A stretch of DNA of 64,000 bases from Octopus sinensis (lineage: Eukaryota). Shown piece after piece: positions 39,909 through 53,162 of the stretch. How positions within the stretch are numbered: position 1 is the stretch's first letter; each line of letters starts with the position of its first letter. The DNA lies in the NCBI RefSeq assembly GCF_006345805.1, contig NC_043002.1, forward strand, positions 6,758,001 to 6,822,000, given 5' to 3'. The position numbers and the translations under genes are program-made. The notes under the pieces are model-generated. The model was not told where the DNA came from, did not search any database, and saw nothing but the letters and a program-made list of their open reading frames with translations.

Positions 39909-41205
39909 CAAAATAAGCAACAAGTAAATCCGAGCTAATGTGGTACAATCGTTTCATGCTACTTCATTTTATTAAACATTGTAAGTATTACATCAGTTTT
40001 AAAATGTTGAGCAATCTTCAGCCATTTATAGAAATCTTCCATCAAACGGTCAATACATATTCTTATCTCCATTTCGTTTGCCAACATTATAAAGAGGGTA
40101 TATATACAGACAGAGAGGTTAATTCCATTCTTAAGAACATGATAGTATTAAAATTTACTCTCTGACTCTCTTTATATATATATATATAAAGTAACTGAAA
40201 TCAAAATGTTATTTATTTATAAAAGAATGTTTTCTGTAGATTAAATACGTTTTAAATATTTACAGCATACAGTGATATTTTAGACTGGTTCTGAAAATTT
40301 TCATTTATTGTAAAGAATTGTTTAGTTGTACATGTTTTTACATCAGAGTTTATGCGCGATAAACTTTGTCATTTCAATAAAATTTGATGCTACCGACAAC
40401 GTACAATCTTTAGTGGTTCACTCTTATGAGCCCCTACATTTACTACAGCTTCTTCTATACACTGTGCTTTCTATCATTATTTGCAGCAGCACCTTTCACT
40501 TTTCATCAAAGCATTATTTTCCTAACTCTTAATGTTAAATTCGTTAAACTATTTTATCATTTATTTGCAAGACCATTGACTTTGTACAGAGACAACTCAA
40601 TCTCAAAGATATCTTACGAATTTTCGATTCTTCATCCGGTCCAAGAAGCAGGACACCTGTCGACTGAGCAATCTTTCCCTTGGTTATCTACCTTAGAGAC
40701 AAAATTTCAGGGGAGAACTGAGCAGCCAGTTATATAGATTTGAATTCTGACTGATATTTACCACGGAAGGAAAAATAATGCGTAATGGATATCGACAGAT
40801 CTCGGAAACAGAACGTAAAGATTTGCGGTTTAAACATCATGCCGCATTTTCTTCAATGACCTGGGAGATTTTGTCGATATCCTGCATTCATTATACATTG
40901 TAAGACAGTGAAATGTTAAAGATAATCATGATATTTTTATAAACAATCTACTGAATTATATTCAGATGAATTCATCCACAGTACATTATCAACTAATCAA
41001 AAATTATTTATAAATAAATAACATTTTGGTTTCAGTTACTTTATATATATATATAATTATTATTTGAGGGAATAAAATCCAAACTTACAAGGAAAAAAAT
41101 TCAATTTAGAAATACTAAATCAAATTTATGTAATATGTAATTTTCTAGATGGTGTAATTTAATTGTCCATTTTGAATTGATAAAAGGTGTTTTCTTTTCT
41201 AATTT

Positions 41206-41245
<40 letters not shown>

Positions 41246-41389
41246 TATATATAATATATATATATATAATATATATATATATACGCATATAAAACTGTAT
41301 TATGAGACGCAGCCAAACAAGTGAATACAAATGGAATCGGTACATGTACATAAATGGTGCCATTGCTGGACTTCGTTTTACGTTCAGTG
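39734..41389. repeat. ~100-bp imperfect inverted repeat pair (39734-39832 / 41288-41389)
   Basis: CACTTGTTTGGCTGCGTCTCATAATACAGTTTTATA versus TATAAAACTGTATTATGAGACGCAGCCAAACAAGTG. Confidence 0.85.
39941..40024 (-). ncRNA. Type I hammerhead ribozyme adjacent to a (TA)n tract
   Basis: Minus strand reads TGG CTGAAGA t TGCT (cAACATT...AATGTT...) AGCA t GAAA CGATTG TA CCA; near-palindromic stem III and a GUA site. Confidence 0.68.
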
Positions 41390-42426
41390 GTGACACTGGA
41401 GATCCACTAATTAAAAATTACTTTTTAGTCTGATTGAGAAAGGTAATTTCAGAAGGTGATGTATTTAATGTGCAGCTGAAGGTGATGCGTTAATTCAGTC
41501 GTTAGAGGGTTTGATAGAATACCTTATGACTCAGGCTCTCTATACTCAAAAGTTAATTCAGACGAGGTCAGCTGTGTCTTTATTCCTTTTGGAGTTAGTA
41601 TATAAATTACCTGTCCCGCACTGAGGCCGATTATCCTTCAGTTTCAATTTCTCTATTTTTTTTCTCTCTAAATAAATAAAAAAAATGATTGCGTTCTGAC
41701 CCGAAGAATAATAGGTACCATCAAGTTTAAAATGCCCTAAACACTCCGCATATAGAAACAACACAACGACTCCATCAAAAGTTGTGGGATCAATGAGAGA
41801 AGTGAGGTTATGCATCCAAGAAGCCAGAGGGTTATTTTTTGTTTGATTTTTACGAAGGAGGTTGTAGTCAAAGAAACCATGGCAACCAGTAGTAAATTTA
41901 TGGAGGAAGGATTTGAAAAATCTTAACAAGGGTACGTGTATGGAATGAAATCGGGAGGAGAGAAAACGAATTGCTTAGGTTGACGTTACGGTGGCATAAA
42001 TTGACGTTTATAGTCGAGATTGGATCACAAAATACTGAGTCACAGAGCAGGATGTCATACTGTATTTGGTTAGGTCCCCATCTCTCCCATTGAGAAACTG
42101 CCACTAGACCCAGCGTCTCCGAAAGTTAGTATTTCACCATTAACTTGATATTGAGGGCAACGTATGAAATGAAATTATACATCTTGATAGGTAGTTAACA
42201 AATCTGGAGCAAAGAACGGTGGAAGTAGAGAGATGACAAAACTTTTCCTGGCAAATTACTATTTTAAATGAATTTGGAAATATGAATAATTAAATTACCG
42301 GTTCTCATTTACATGGATCATAAATGTATGTGTGCGCGTATATACGTGCAAGTAAGAGAATGTGTATCCGTGTTTCTCTTCGTCTTTATGCGTTCTTGTA
42401 AAATAACCATTATGGCATATATCATA

Positions 42427-42549
<123 letters not shown>

Positions 42550-43689
42550 TGTGTGTGTCGGTGTGTGTGTCTGTGTGTGTGTGTCTGTGTGTCTGTGTGT
42601 ATGTAAGCACAAATATGTATAAGTGTGTGTATGTGTTTGTGTAGTTATATAGACTCATGCATGTACATATACAAAAATACATACATGTGTGCGCACACGA
42701 TATGTATGCACACACATGCACACAAAGAAACACACACACACACACACACACATACACACACATGCAACAGCGGTGAGAGAAGGAGAGAAAGAGTGGGTTA
42801 GAAACATGAGACACTGAAGAGAAACCAACAGAGAAATTGTAAATATAAGAGGGAGGGAATAATAAATACAATTGCTGGCAAGCATTACCATAAAAACTGA
42901 GCAGTTGATTACCTAATTGTATCATATAATCTCATAAATACTCGAACGCAAATTATTTTTGCATTGGAAACAAACTTAAATGAAAAAAATTACGTACATA
43001 CAGATTCATAGAGAGACCTTGTAGAGGAACAAACATACAAATATACACGAATCAGTTTAAAGAGATCATTTTCATAGTGTAATTTCCAATGGTTAGAAAA
43101 CTGCTTTATATGCTTGTGTATATATTTTTTTTACCCTAACATTCAATTATATTTGCATTATTATAACCAAAACTGTAAAATTACCGAACGTATTTTTTAT
43201 GCGACTAATGTTTAAAATTTCTCTCATAGCCATTTTCGAGGGATTTGTATGGTAAATGTATCGTCTATTAAAAATTTAATGTTTAAAAGATGTTAACTAG
43301 GAGGCAAATGATGCGACCAGTATAATAACTATATGAATGTGTTATTACATCGTTATGTGGCAGTATATGTATGTCAGTACAATATTTTATTGCTATTTTC
43401 TATCGTATGATCGCTCGTGTGGCTGGTCGAACACCCACTGAGCTGAGAGGGAGACGGTTTAGATTTTCTAGAAAATAATGTGATTTAAACGCGACCGCTA
43501 CATTTCATTCGCTAAATGAGTAGATTAAAATTTGAACCATCAGCTAAATGGATGACCATTCATTCTCTTCTTGTGCTGCATCCCTTTTCTTTTGCTAGCT
43601 ACGCTCCGAACGAAAATCTTCGAAATGGGATGAAAATACTAAGGCACACTGAAGCATTAAACATGCATTACTCAGTCTTCATATTTGCT

Positions 43690-43692
43690 TTA

Positions 43693-43723
<31 letters not shown>

Positions 43724-43746
43724 ATATATATATGTATATATATATA

Positions 43747-43804
<58 letters not shown>

Positions 43805-43832
43805 TATATATATATATATATATTATATATAT

Positions 43833-43882
<50 letters not shown>

Positions 43883-44285
43883 GGGAGAGTTTACCTAAGA
43901 CAGGTGGTGTACAAAAACAAATGTATTAGTATAACGCTCAGGAATAGAAAAAGTCTTTTACATTTCGAGCCTACGCTCTTCTACGGAAAGGGACACAGAA
44001 AAAACAAGGAGAGAAAAAAAGGAAAGACAAAAAGGAGAGAATATATATATATATGCATCTATGTATGTATGTATGTATGCATGTATGTATGTATGTATGT
44101 ATGTATGTATGTATGTATGTATGTATGTATGTATGTATGTATGTATGTATGTATGTATGTATGTATGTGCGTATGTATGTATGTATGTATGTATGTATGT
44201 ATGTATGTATGTATGTATGTATGTATGTATGTATGTATGTATATATGTATGTATTATATCTATATCTATCCATATACATATATAG
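43690..44285. repeat. (TA)n and (TATG)n microsatellites with a ~160-bp insert (43880-44040) related to 12931-13110
   Basis: Direct reading; the insert carries degenerate GAA GAGC GTAG GCTC GAAA TG TA on the minus strand. Confidence 0.85.
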
Positions 44286-44413
44286 TGAGAGAGAGAGTAG
44301 TTGTATACTATCAACTTAACGCGACAGTCCCATGAAAGGAATCACACCACTGATATTTAGCCCTAGGAAGCTGCAACGCTTCCTGTCGACCTTGGCACAT
44401 TTCCTGTGTCCTT

Positions 44414-44550
44414 ATGTTTACAAGGGGTAGATAAGCACCCCCACCCAGCTAAACCTGCAACCAGAGATTAGTTTCTGAGTCTTTGCTCGTCATCAGTTTG
44501 GAGTAGCATGGCCTGCTAGTTGGAGATGCCTATCTAGCCCTTGTAAACAT
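44414..44550 (-). ncRNA. Hammerhead ribozyme (core 44461-44501) at the tip of a 36-bp RNA stem
   Basis: Minus strand reads CCAAA CTGATGA c GAG caaaga CTC a GAAA CTAA TC TCTGG. The flanks pair over 36 positions with 4 G.U wobbles and 2 mismatches. Confidence 0.7.
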
Positions 44551-44555
44551 ATAAG

Positions 44556-44623
<68 letters not shown>

Positions 44624-46185
44624 ATATTTGTAATGCTATGGACGTGGGCACTGCTATTCCTCTCGTAACTAATTCATACTTTACGCTAGCAGTTTTCGTT
44701 CCTCAAATGAGGAGTCACCAAAACTAAGTCGTTGTGCCTCAGATTTTTAACTTTACCCTTCAAAGCTTTACAAATCTTCAAAGTTTTACAAAGCTTTACT
44801 AGCCTTCATATGTTAAGGCTTGTAACAGATGTTTGAAAAAGACGTGCGAGTAACGATTTTGTTATAGACAAGTATTATTCTTGAAATAAAGTTAACGATA
44901 ATTTGCTACATTTTTCCCTAAATGTTTATCTTTAAAAGCATTTCTCTTTAAATCTCTGCGAAGTATGCAAATACGTCTTTCATTTATTCTTCAGTGTATC
45001 GCAAAACCAAAAAGTGTGTGGACCATTCCCGTTTTAAGGTCATAAAAATGTCGACATAGATAACGTAGCGCTATACACATCCTTCCTGTAGAAAAAAAAA
45101 GAAAGGAAAAGAAACCCCGTAACGCCGTCGTTTACAGGTTTGGTTAGAAAAGCAGCAACTCATAAAGTATTTAGGTGTTATTATGATGCAGAGTTCACGG
45201 CCCGAAGTATCAAACTCCCATTTTTCCTACTGTATACGAGCTTACACAAACTCATGGACTTCACCGTATAATTTTTTTCGGCGCTGAAAGTCAGTCACTA
45301 GTTTCCTTTTCAGGATTGTCATAAGTATAATAGTTATATATTTCGTTATGACTTTTGCGTGAAGAATAAATGTATAGCTAAGTGTGAACTAACATCACGT
45401 AATGAACTAAATTTAATGTTTTTAATCAATTAAAAGTTTCACTAACAAGTGTTTATGTTTGATGATAATTCTTGCCGGGAAATGTAAGGGAAACAACTGT
45501 GAAATCCAAATTGGTTAATAATTGTATAGTTGTATCCAGCGGGGGATTATCAACTACAGTAAACAAGCCATATTTTTTTTTCGGTCTTTAAACGGGCGCC
45601 CTATTGAGCCAGCTTGCTGCGACAGACTCTTAAATGTATTTTTTTTTATCGAAAAATTATATTTCCATGACGTAGACGGTTATTGACAGCAGGTATCAAG
45701 TTTCTATATTAAATGATATTGATGATTTTAAAAATTTCACTCTAAGCCACAGCTGTTCCTGGAAATTATCCTTCTTTGTTATGTTGTTAACTAGCTGAAG
45801 TAACTCTATCATTCAAACTCTCGTGAGTTTTAGTTAACGTGTTAAGGGTGGGTCTGTGTGGCAATTGCTCAGCTAGAAATAGCAACCACATATCCCTTAA
45901 GGCACATCATATCGTTTTAAATTGACAGCACATAAGAATGTGCAGTCCTACATGTGTTATTTATAATCGAAAGATTTGACGTAATTGGATTTGTTCCTAG
46001 GTGTTCCTATCTATGTTGGCCTAAGCAACAATTAAAGGAAGTCACCAAAGGGATTTGTTCCTTCTTTCATCTTTTGTTGCGAGGTCATCAAAACTGATGG
46101 AGAATTCATAAATTTATACCTGAAATCTCTAACACAATGGGTTGAACTTTTACATGGTATGAGTGAGTATAAAATACTTTTGTTG

Positions 46186-46322
46186 AGACTTTGCCTTTCA
46201 TCCTTTCGTGGTCGATAAATAAAGTACCAGTTTCGCAATGGGGTCGATGTAATCGACTTAATCCCTTTGCCTGTCCTTGTTTGTCCCCTCTATGTTTAGC
46301 CCCTTGCGAGCAGTAAAGAAAT
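46186..46322 (+). mobile_element. SINE family A, 5'-truncated
   Basis: Family A motifs. Confidence 0.88.
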
Positions 46323-46825
46323 ATATATTATTAGGTCAGCGAAATGGTAAAGTTGTTAGAGCATCGGACTGAATGCCTTGTTATACTTGCTCTGGATCTC
46401 TCTGTGTTGTAAGTTTAAATTCTCTCTTGGTGCTGGTGGTCATGGTTAACCACGTGACCTCGAGAATATCCTTTCTAACACGCATGGCCATTTAGGACTG
46501 TTAGACCTACAACCAGCATAGACAATTTGGCAGTGGACTTTAAACCAGCAACGGATGAAAAGTAGAAGAGGAATGAATGCTAATATCATTGGGTGAATTT
46601 ATAATTCTTGTTGATTACACTATTGCTTTAGAGATAAAGGTCAACCCTGATTATGGATATATATGCTCAAAGACGTTTCAATCAAGCTCGTCCCATTACC
46701 CAAGTACTACATTGTGCACGATATTCATTTTTTTATTCAAGAAAGAGGATGGTCGGCTGTGGTTTAAGAGCGTTTGGGATACTATCACCAAAGGATCAAG
46801 CCTAGATGGCTAACTGAGTGTGCCT

Positions 46826-47198
46826 CTCTCTCCACTGAGGTGCGGCTATGTTTGAAGCGGCTGTACCGTTCCTTGATCTGAAATTTGGCCATAGCGTCAT
46901 TGCCAAACGTCTGTTGAATCTTCTCGATAGTCTGAGCTTGAGTATCACCAAACTTTTGACAAAATTTTGATTCAATGTCTCTACTCGATACGTTAAGTGA
47001 AAACGAAACTGTGACGAGAGCCTACTACACTTTTGTACTCTAGGCGTAACAGCCGGAAACTAAATCGGCCTACCTGTGCAAGAATGTTCGGGCATGAGTA
47101 GAAAAGGTTGCGTCACCTCCTACCTAAACGATTTTTCCCACGCAGCATTAGTTTTGGCGGGAAAAATAACGTCTGATACTTTTCGAACGCACCTCGTA
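46826..47198 (-). mobile_element. 5' fragment of a second mariner family (TIR + N-terminal HTH)
   Basis: TIR TA-CGAGGTGCGTTCGAAAAGTATCAG; manual translation IK(F)CQKFGDTQAQTIEKIQQTFGNDAMAKFQIKERYSRFKHSRTSVE. Confidence 0.8.
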
Positions 47199-47399
47199 TA
47201 ATAACAGCTCCGTCTTTCTTTGTGTGCACAATAAATAAAGAACTCATTCTTCCAATGATTGCATATTTTTGTATGGTAGTGTCGCATGATGATTTGAGAG
47301 ACATTCGACAGCTATTTCTTGTTAGCCTTTCGACTGTGTAGAAGCCCTAACGTAGCTCATATTTTTGGTAAAATGTCCAAGCGAAATATTTGCAGTAAA

Positions 47400-47769
47400 T
47401 CTCTCTATATATAAATGGCAAAATGTCTGTCTGTGTGTCCTTTATACAAATCCACAATTTTTCAGTTAGAGGGCTCACACTTTCTATGGTCATGCAAAAC
47501 CGTCCAAGGGTGGTCGTGCACATCTTTACATTTCCCCAGTCACCCCGCAAAGCTATTTAAAAAATCAATAGAAGTGATTTTTTTTTTTGTGAATTTTCTA
47601 TCCAAAACCCAAATCAAAATGCCCGAAACTTGATACGCCAATTGAATGCCAGCTAGCTGTATGTGATTGGTCGGAGATTTGGACAGTACTCGCGTGTATG
47701 TGCGCACGCACGCAGCTGTATATGCATGCACTAGCAGTATGACCCAGCGTTGCCGGGTCATACTGCTAG
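47400..47769 (+). mobile_element. Non-autonomous Helitron (~370 bp)
   Basis: A|TC 5' end (TCTCTCTATATATAAA), subterminal hairpin GACCCAGCGTTGCCGGGTC, CTAG|T 3' end, no TSD. Confidence 0.8.
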
Positions 47770-49354
47770 TATTATCTAAAACCCTTTCAATTTGTGTTGC
47801 AGTGCTTTATCTACTTGAACATCTCTATATCTATTGATATTTATGTACTGGGATAGTCATTCTTTCGGGGTCGGTAAAGTAACAGCATCCCAGGATGGGG
47901 GATTCACAGAACTGTTAGACTGCCGGGTGGTTTACTTTGCTGTGTCTACACATAAAAATATCTGACCTGAAAAAGTAAAGGGTTTGTCCGCATGTTATCT
48001 TAAAGACACAAAAGTACATTTCGACACATTTAATATTTATAAATAACAAATTCCATTTTCTATTTTGGAAATTTAATCGAATATTCATATTATACTTTTT
48101 AAATTTTGGTGCTGCAAAAATCACATTATCTTCCAAATTTTTGCTCTGTTTCGTTCAATCTAATAACGAAGAAAATGATTTCAGCGAAAGAAAAAAGAAA
48201 ATTGAATATTGATTTTAAAATGAATTTGAGGTAATACTGTATTAGTATATGAAAAGATTCTCATAAAGGATGTGTGACAGTTCTCTATATCTTGAACTAG
48301 TCATATTTACAACAGACTCCTGGGCGAATAACTACTCAGTACACCACAATGTAACAAAATATTGGAGCTAGCGAGAACCCTCTATGTGGTCGCAAGGTAT
48401 GGTAGAAACAACAACCGATTTTCCCTCAAAATACCCTCTCAGCCGCCTTAAAAAGAGAGACAAGAATGCATTGGGACATTATGATCCTGAAACACACTGC
48501 CTGAAAAATGCCTGCCACGCACGAACAATGCACACACACATACATACACACTCACACACACACAATATAACAATGATTTAATACATTTGAACCTAGGCGC
48601 GCTGAATCAGATCTTACCTGAAAGCAAACAACAAAATATTTGTAGTTTCATTTTGTTGTTATATTTTCCTTGCACAAAAATACTTCTCTATTTCACAGCG
48701 AATTGAGCAGTTTTGTTTCATACTATGTCATCCATAATTTCACAACCATACTTATCATTTCAAAGGACACACTACTAAAATTCTTCTTAATTAATCTTTA
48801 ATCATAGCAAGCGTTTATTTTTAAGTATAATTTACTTGCAGGTTTAAATTTACAATTTATTCATAATATCAGGTCTCTTCGGATGCGGAAACAAGAAGAT
48901 AGTGGAAAGTGTGCAACACGTACAGCTTGCATTGTGTACCACTTGCTGTTAACTGTTACATGCTTGAATATGTAGTATGATCTTAACTAAACAATGGTAG
49001 AGTATATCGGGGGCTACGGAAACTTAGAGAGGATCGAGTGGTCTGACCGATGTAAGAAGTGATACAGGGTGCTAAACTGCAAAAGGTTTTTCGCAAAGGC
49101 ACTAATGGCACGATACTCCACATCGAATCTATTAAAATATAAATGCGCTTGAAAGAAAACAAAACAGGTTGTTGCTGAGCGTGATCATTGTAGTAGACTT
49201 CTGTAGAATGATATATTTCATCTTGATTTGATCATTATCCGGCAGCATAGTGACAGATAACGACCACCAGTATATGCTTAAAAATTTCCATTGAAGGAAT
49301 ATAATAATTTGTCTAAGAATCATCTCATATAATATGTGCTACAATGAGGATATG

Positions 49355-49740
49355 TTGTTGTTGCCGTTGCTGTTGCTGTTGAGCGAAGCGGTCTTAGTCC
49401 CTGAAGTGGGAGAAGTCCGAAACGTGCTCCTTTGCTATTCGTAAGACCCGCAGAAGAGAAAGCCAGTCAACCCCCGACACCGAGAGCATCGACGGATGGA
49501 TGAATGCGCATCCAGGCTCAGCGGTTGCTTAGGAAGTCGGGGACAAGAAACAGGAAGAAAGAGTGAGAGAAAGTTGGGGCGAAAGAGTATAACAGGGGTC
49601 GCCTACACCCCCTGCCGGAGCCTCGTGGAGCTTTAGGTGTTTTCGCTCGATAAACACACACAACGCCCGGTCTGGGAATCGAAACAGCGATCCTCCGACC
49701 GCGTGTCCGCTGCCTTAACCACTGGGCCATTGCGCCTCCT
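49355..49740 (-). mobile_element. SINE family C, tail variant 2
   Basis: Closely similar to 4146-4529; TGTTGTTGCCGTTG flanks both sides. Confidence 0.88.
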
Positions 49741-50411
49741 GTTGTTGCCGTTGTTAATTAGTCTCAAGTGAGACCTGGATTGCTTAGATCTAAGGCCACA
49801 AGAGCTTCAACGGTGGCAATATCACTTTTCTGTATATTGAGGGGTATATATTACTCGGTGGCATTTGTGATATATTTTTAACTTCTGTAAAATAGTTGAA
49901 TGTGTTTTGTAGGAAATTTAACTGCAGTTTCGAGCACCTCTTAGTCGTGTTGTTTTTGTTAATATTGTTTAGTCCCAGCTCGACATAATGAAGCAAGTCT
50001 ACGATTAAAGGTATTCCAGCTCCATCTCGTCTTTTCCTTACACCCAAAGGACCCAAGACCATTGTAACCGATTATCCGAATGTGTTATTTTCTTAAGACA
50101 GTAGGGTGTGATTGAAGAATATATGACTGCTGTTTCTTGCAGATCAAGTGACCACATAAAGCAGTCATGGAGAAACTCGCGGAACTTTCCGAATAGCACG
50201 CCTAATGAAAAATTACCTTGATTTTTTTTGAGTAGCGTAGCCTGTCTGATACTCATGCCCGACATTGAATGTCGTTTACTGGATCGTATTTTGTTATGAA
50301 GTCAACCAGGGCAGAATTTTACTGAAGAGAATTTTCTTTACCGCTCCTGACTCGTGAGATTTCACATTCAGCACTAAAAAAAAAAAAACGCAGTAAAAAG
50401 CATTACATATA

Positions 50412-50582
50412 GGAGCAGGAGTGGCTGTGTGGTAAGTAGCTTGCTTACGAACCACTCGGTTCCGGGTTCAGTCTCACTGCGTGGCACCTTGAGCAAGTGT
50501 CTTCTACTATAGCCTCGGGCTGACCAAAGCCTTGTGAGTGGATTTGGTAGACGGAAACTGAAAGAAGCCAGTCGTATATATG

Positions 50583-50613
<31 letters not shown>

Positions 50614-50815
50614 ATGTTTGTCCCCCCCAACATTACTTGATAACCGATGCTGGTGTGTTTACGTCTCCGTCACTTAGCGGTTCGACAAGGGAGACCGATA
50701 GAATAAGTACTAGGCTTACAAAGAATAAGTCCTGGGGTCGATTTGGTCGACTAAAGGCGGTGCTCCAGCATGGCCACAGTCAAATTACTGAAACAAATAA
50801 AAGGAAAAAGGAAAG
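50412..50815 (+). mobile_element. SINE family B, full length
   Basis: Family B motifs with an internal (TG)n tract. Confidence 0.92.
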
Positions 50816-51377
50816 GATATATTGATAATTAAAATATCACCATTACTGCATTAAACAGGGTTCTAAAATACGTGAATGTCAAATTCTAAAAAAAACTTGG
50901 ACAAAATTTGCTTAATCCCACTGAAAAAGAATAGAGAAAACTTAGTAATAAAGAGAACAGGTTAGGTCACCCCTGTAACAGCAGAATATGGGGATGAGAG
51001 GTAGGGCTGGAATGGTATGGTGAAATAGGGGGGGGTCATGTGGTTTATGACATGTCATATGATTCGGTATGAAATATTTAAAATTAACTAGGTAACAGGT
51101 TTATTCAATCATAAAAAAAGAAACTATCGATTTCTTGTTCACAAATGATAAATTTTTTTGACTGCATTTTCTAGCTGCTATAAAGAGGTGATAGCTGGAA
51201 TAAGCTGTAGAAAAAATAGAAAAAGAGGAGAACAGGGAGAACAGTGTGTATAGTTCAGGGTTGGACTGGGGATTGGCAGAGTTAGTAGAGCACCGGGCAA
51301 AATGTTCTGCGGTGTGAAATTTAAATATATGGTAATAAGTTCAAATTCAGCTAGGAGCAGTTTAATATTTTATGTTT

Positions 51378-51795
51378 CTTATTTCCTTACTACCCACAAG
51401 GAGCTAAACACAGAGGGGACAAACAAGGACAGACAAACGGATTAAGTCGATTACACCGACCCCAGTGCGTAACTGGTACTTAATTTATCGACCCCGAAAG
51501 GATGAAAGGCATAGTCGACCTCGGCGGAATTTGAACTCAGAACGTAATGGCTGACGAAATACAGATTTCTTTACTACCCACAAGGGGCTAAACACCGAGG
51601 ACCAAACAAGGACAGACAAACAGATTAAGTCGATTACACCGACCCTAGTGCGAAACTGGTACTTAATTTATCGACCCCGAAAGGATGAAAGGCGAAGTCG
51701 ACCTCGTCGGAATTTGAACTCAGAATGTAATGGCAGACGAAATACAGCTAAACATTTCGCCCGGCGTGCTAACGTTTCTGCCAGCTTGCCACCTT
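51378..51795 (-). mobile_element. SINE A head-to-tail dimer within one TSD
   Basis: TTTAATATTTT(T)ATGTTTCT at ~51361 and ~51800; junction at ~51563. Confidence 0.9.
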
Positions 51796-52097
51796 ATATT
51801 TTAATATTTTATGTTTCTGGTTTCATTAGAATGAAAAACAGTCAAACACCGAGATTGATGTGATCGACTGTGCCGTTCCCTATAGTGTGACTATGTGTTT
51901 TTGTTCATATGGCAATGAAGATGGGTGGCAGAGATCGAATTGCCGAAGATCCTACAAGAGATGGAATTTAGCAACGCTTTTTAACGTTCAGAATTAGCTT
52001 AGCTTAGCTTTGCATCTTTCTGAGGCTCGATAAAATGAGTGCCAACCAAGAACTTGGGTTGATTTAATCTACTGATGCTATTCCATAATATATAACA

Positions 52098-52215
52098 TTG
52101 TCCCCAAAGTCCATCCCCTCCTCATCGTGGTTGGGACGCTGGCAACGGGTAGTGTCAGAGCTATGCCGTCGGGAACTTCGGTTCCTGGTAGGGCCACCCA
52201 AGGCGGATTGACCTT
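52098..52215 (+). mobile_element. RTE-clade LINE 5'UTR-like fragment
   Basis: CCTCATCGTGG...GAGCTATGCCGTCGGGAACTTCGGTTCCTGGTAGGGCCACCCAAGGCGGA resembles the conserved 5' UTR motif I recall from BovB/Expander RTEs. Confidence 0.55.
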
Positions 52216-52334
52216 ACATCGAGTAGTATTAGGGCCACAACCTGGTGAAAATCCTCGGTGTGTCTGTTTCAGCAACCGGCGGCTCCTCGGTCGTCTGTCC
52301 CTGCGTCTGCAGACAATCTGCGGCAAACAGGATG

Positions 52335-52665
52335 TCTCTACATGCGGAATTGTATTGCGCTTAGAAAGTTACCCTCCCAGGCACAAGTCATGGCAATGCT
52401 GTTTATGGAAGACAAGCAGTCGCCCATGCATACCGGCCTCTCCTATCCATACCACCGTTGTTATCCGAGGGAAAGGCAAAGGGGCCGATACAGCTTGGCA
52501 CCAGTGAGTAACGTCGCAACTCATTTCTACAACTGAGTGAAACTGGAGCAACGTGACAGAAAGAGTCTTGCTCAAGAACACAACACGCTGCTCGGTCTGG
52601 AAATCGAACTCACAACCTCACGGTCGTAAGTTCGACGTTCTAACCACTGAGTCATGCGCCTTCAC
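52335..52665 (-). mobile_element. SINE family D, near full length
   Basis: Minus-strand head GTGAAGGCGCATGACTCAGTGGTTAGAACG...GAGTTCGATTTCC followed by TGTTGTGTTCTTGAGCAAGAC. Confidence 0.85.
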
Positions 52666-52767
52666 GTGTATGTACGTATGCATATACATACATAGATATA
52701 TATATACACACACACATACACACACACACATATGCATATATGTAGATATGTATGCATACATATTACA

Positions 52768-53072
52768 TGTGGAGGCGCAATGGCCCCGTGGTTAGGTCAG
52801 CGGACTCGCGGTCATAGGATCGCGGTTTCGATTCCCAGACCGGGCGTTGTGAGTGTTTATTGAGTAAAAACACCTAAAGCTCCACGAGGCTCCGACAGGG
52901 GGTGGTGGTGATCCCTGCTGTACTCTTTCGCCACAACTTTCTCTCACTCTTTCTTCTATTGGCCTGCTCGCTTAGCCAGCGGGGTGGCGTCATTTGAAGG
53001 CTAAAACAATGCAAAGCGCATTGTGACCAGCGATGTGTAGCAACATCTGATAGCCTGGTGGTCACGGTGGTC
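52768..53072 (+). mobile_element. SINE family C, tail variant 1
   Basis: As at 12625 and 32123. Confidence 0.9.
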
Positions 53073-53162
53073 ACATATAACATACAATATCATCTGCGTG
53101 TTTATAGCATACCATATATATTTTTTTATTATACCATGTAAGAGTCATTACAGACATTTACT

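Noticed and set aside
49395-49430. CTGAAG..GGA GAAG TCC GAAAC hammerhead-like motif in the SINE C tail
   Set aside because: The core is incomplete and is not conserved in the sister copy at ~4180-4215.
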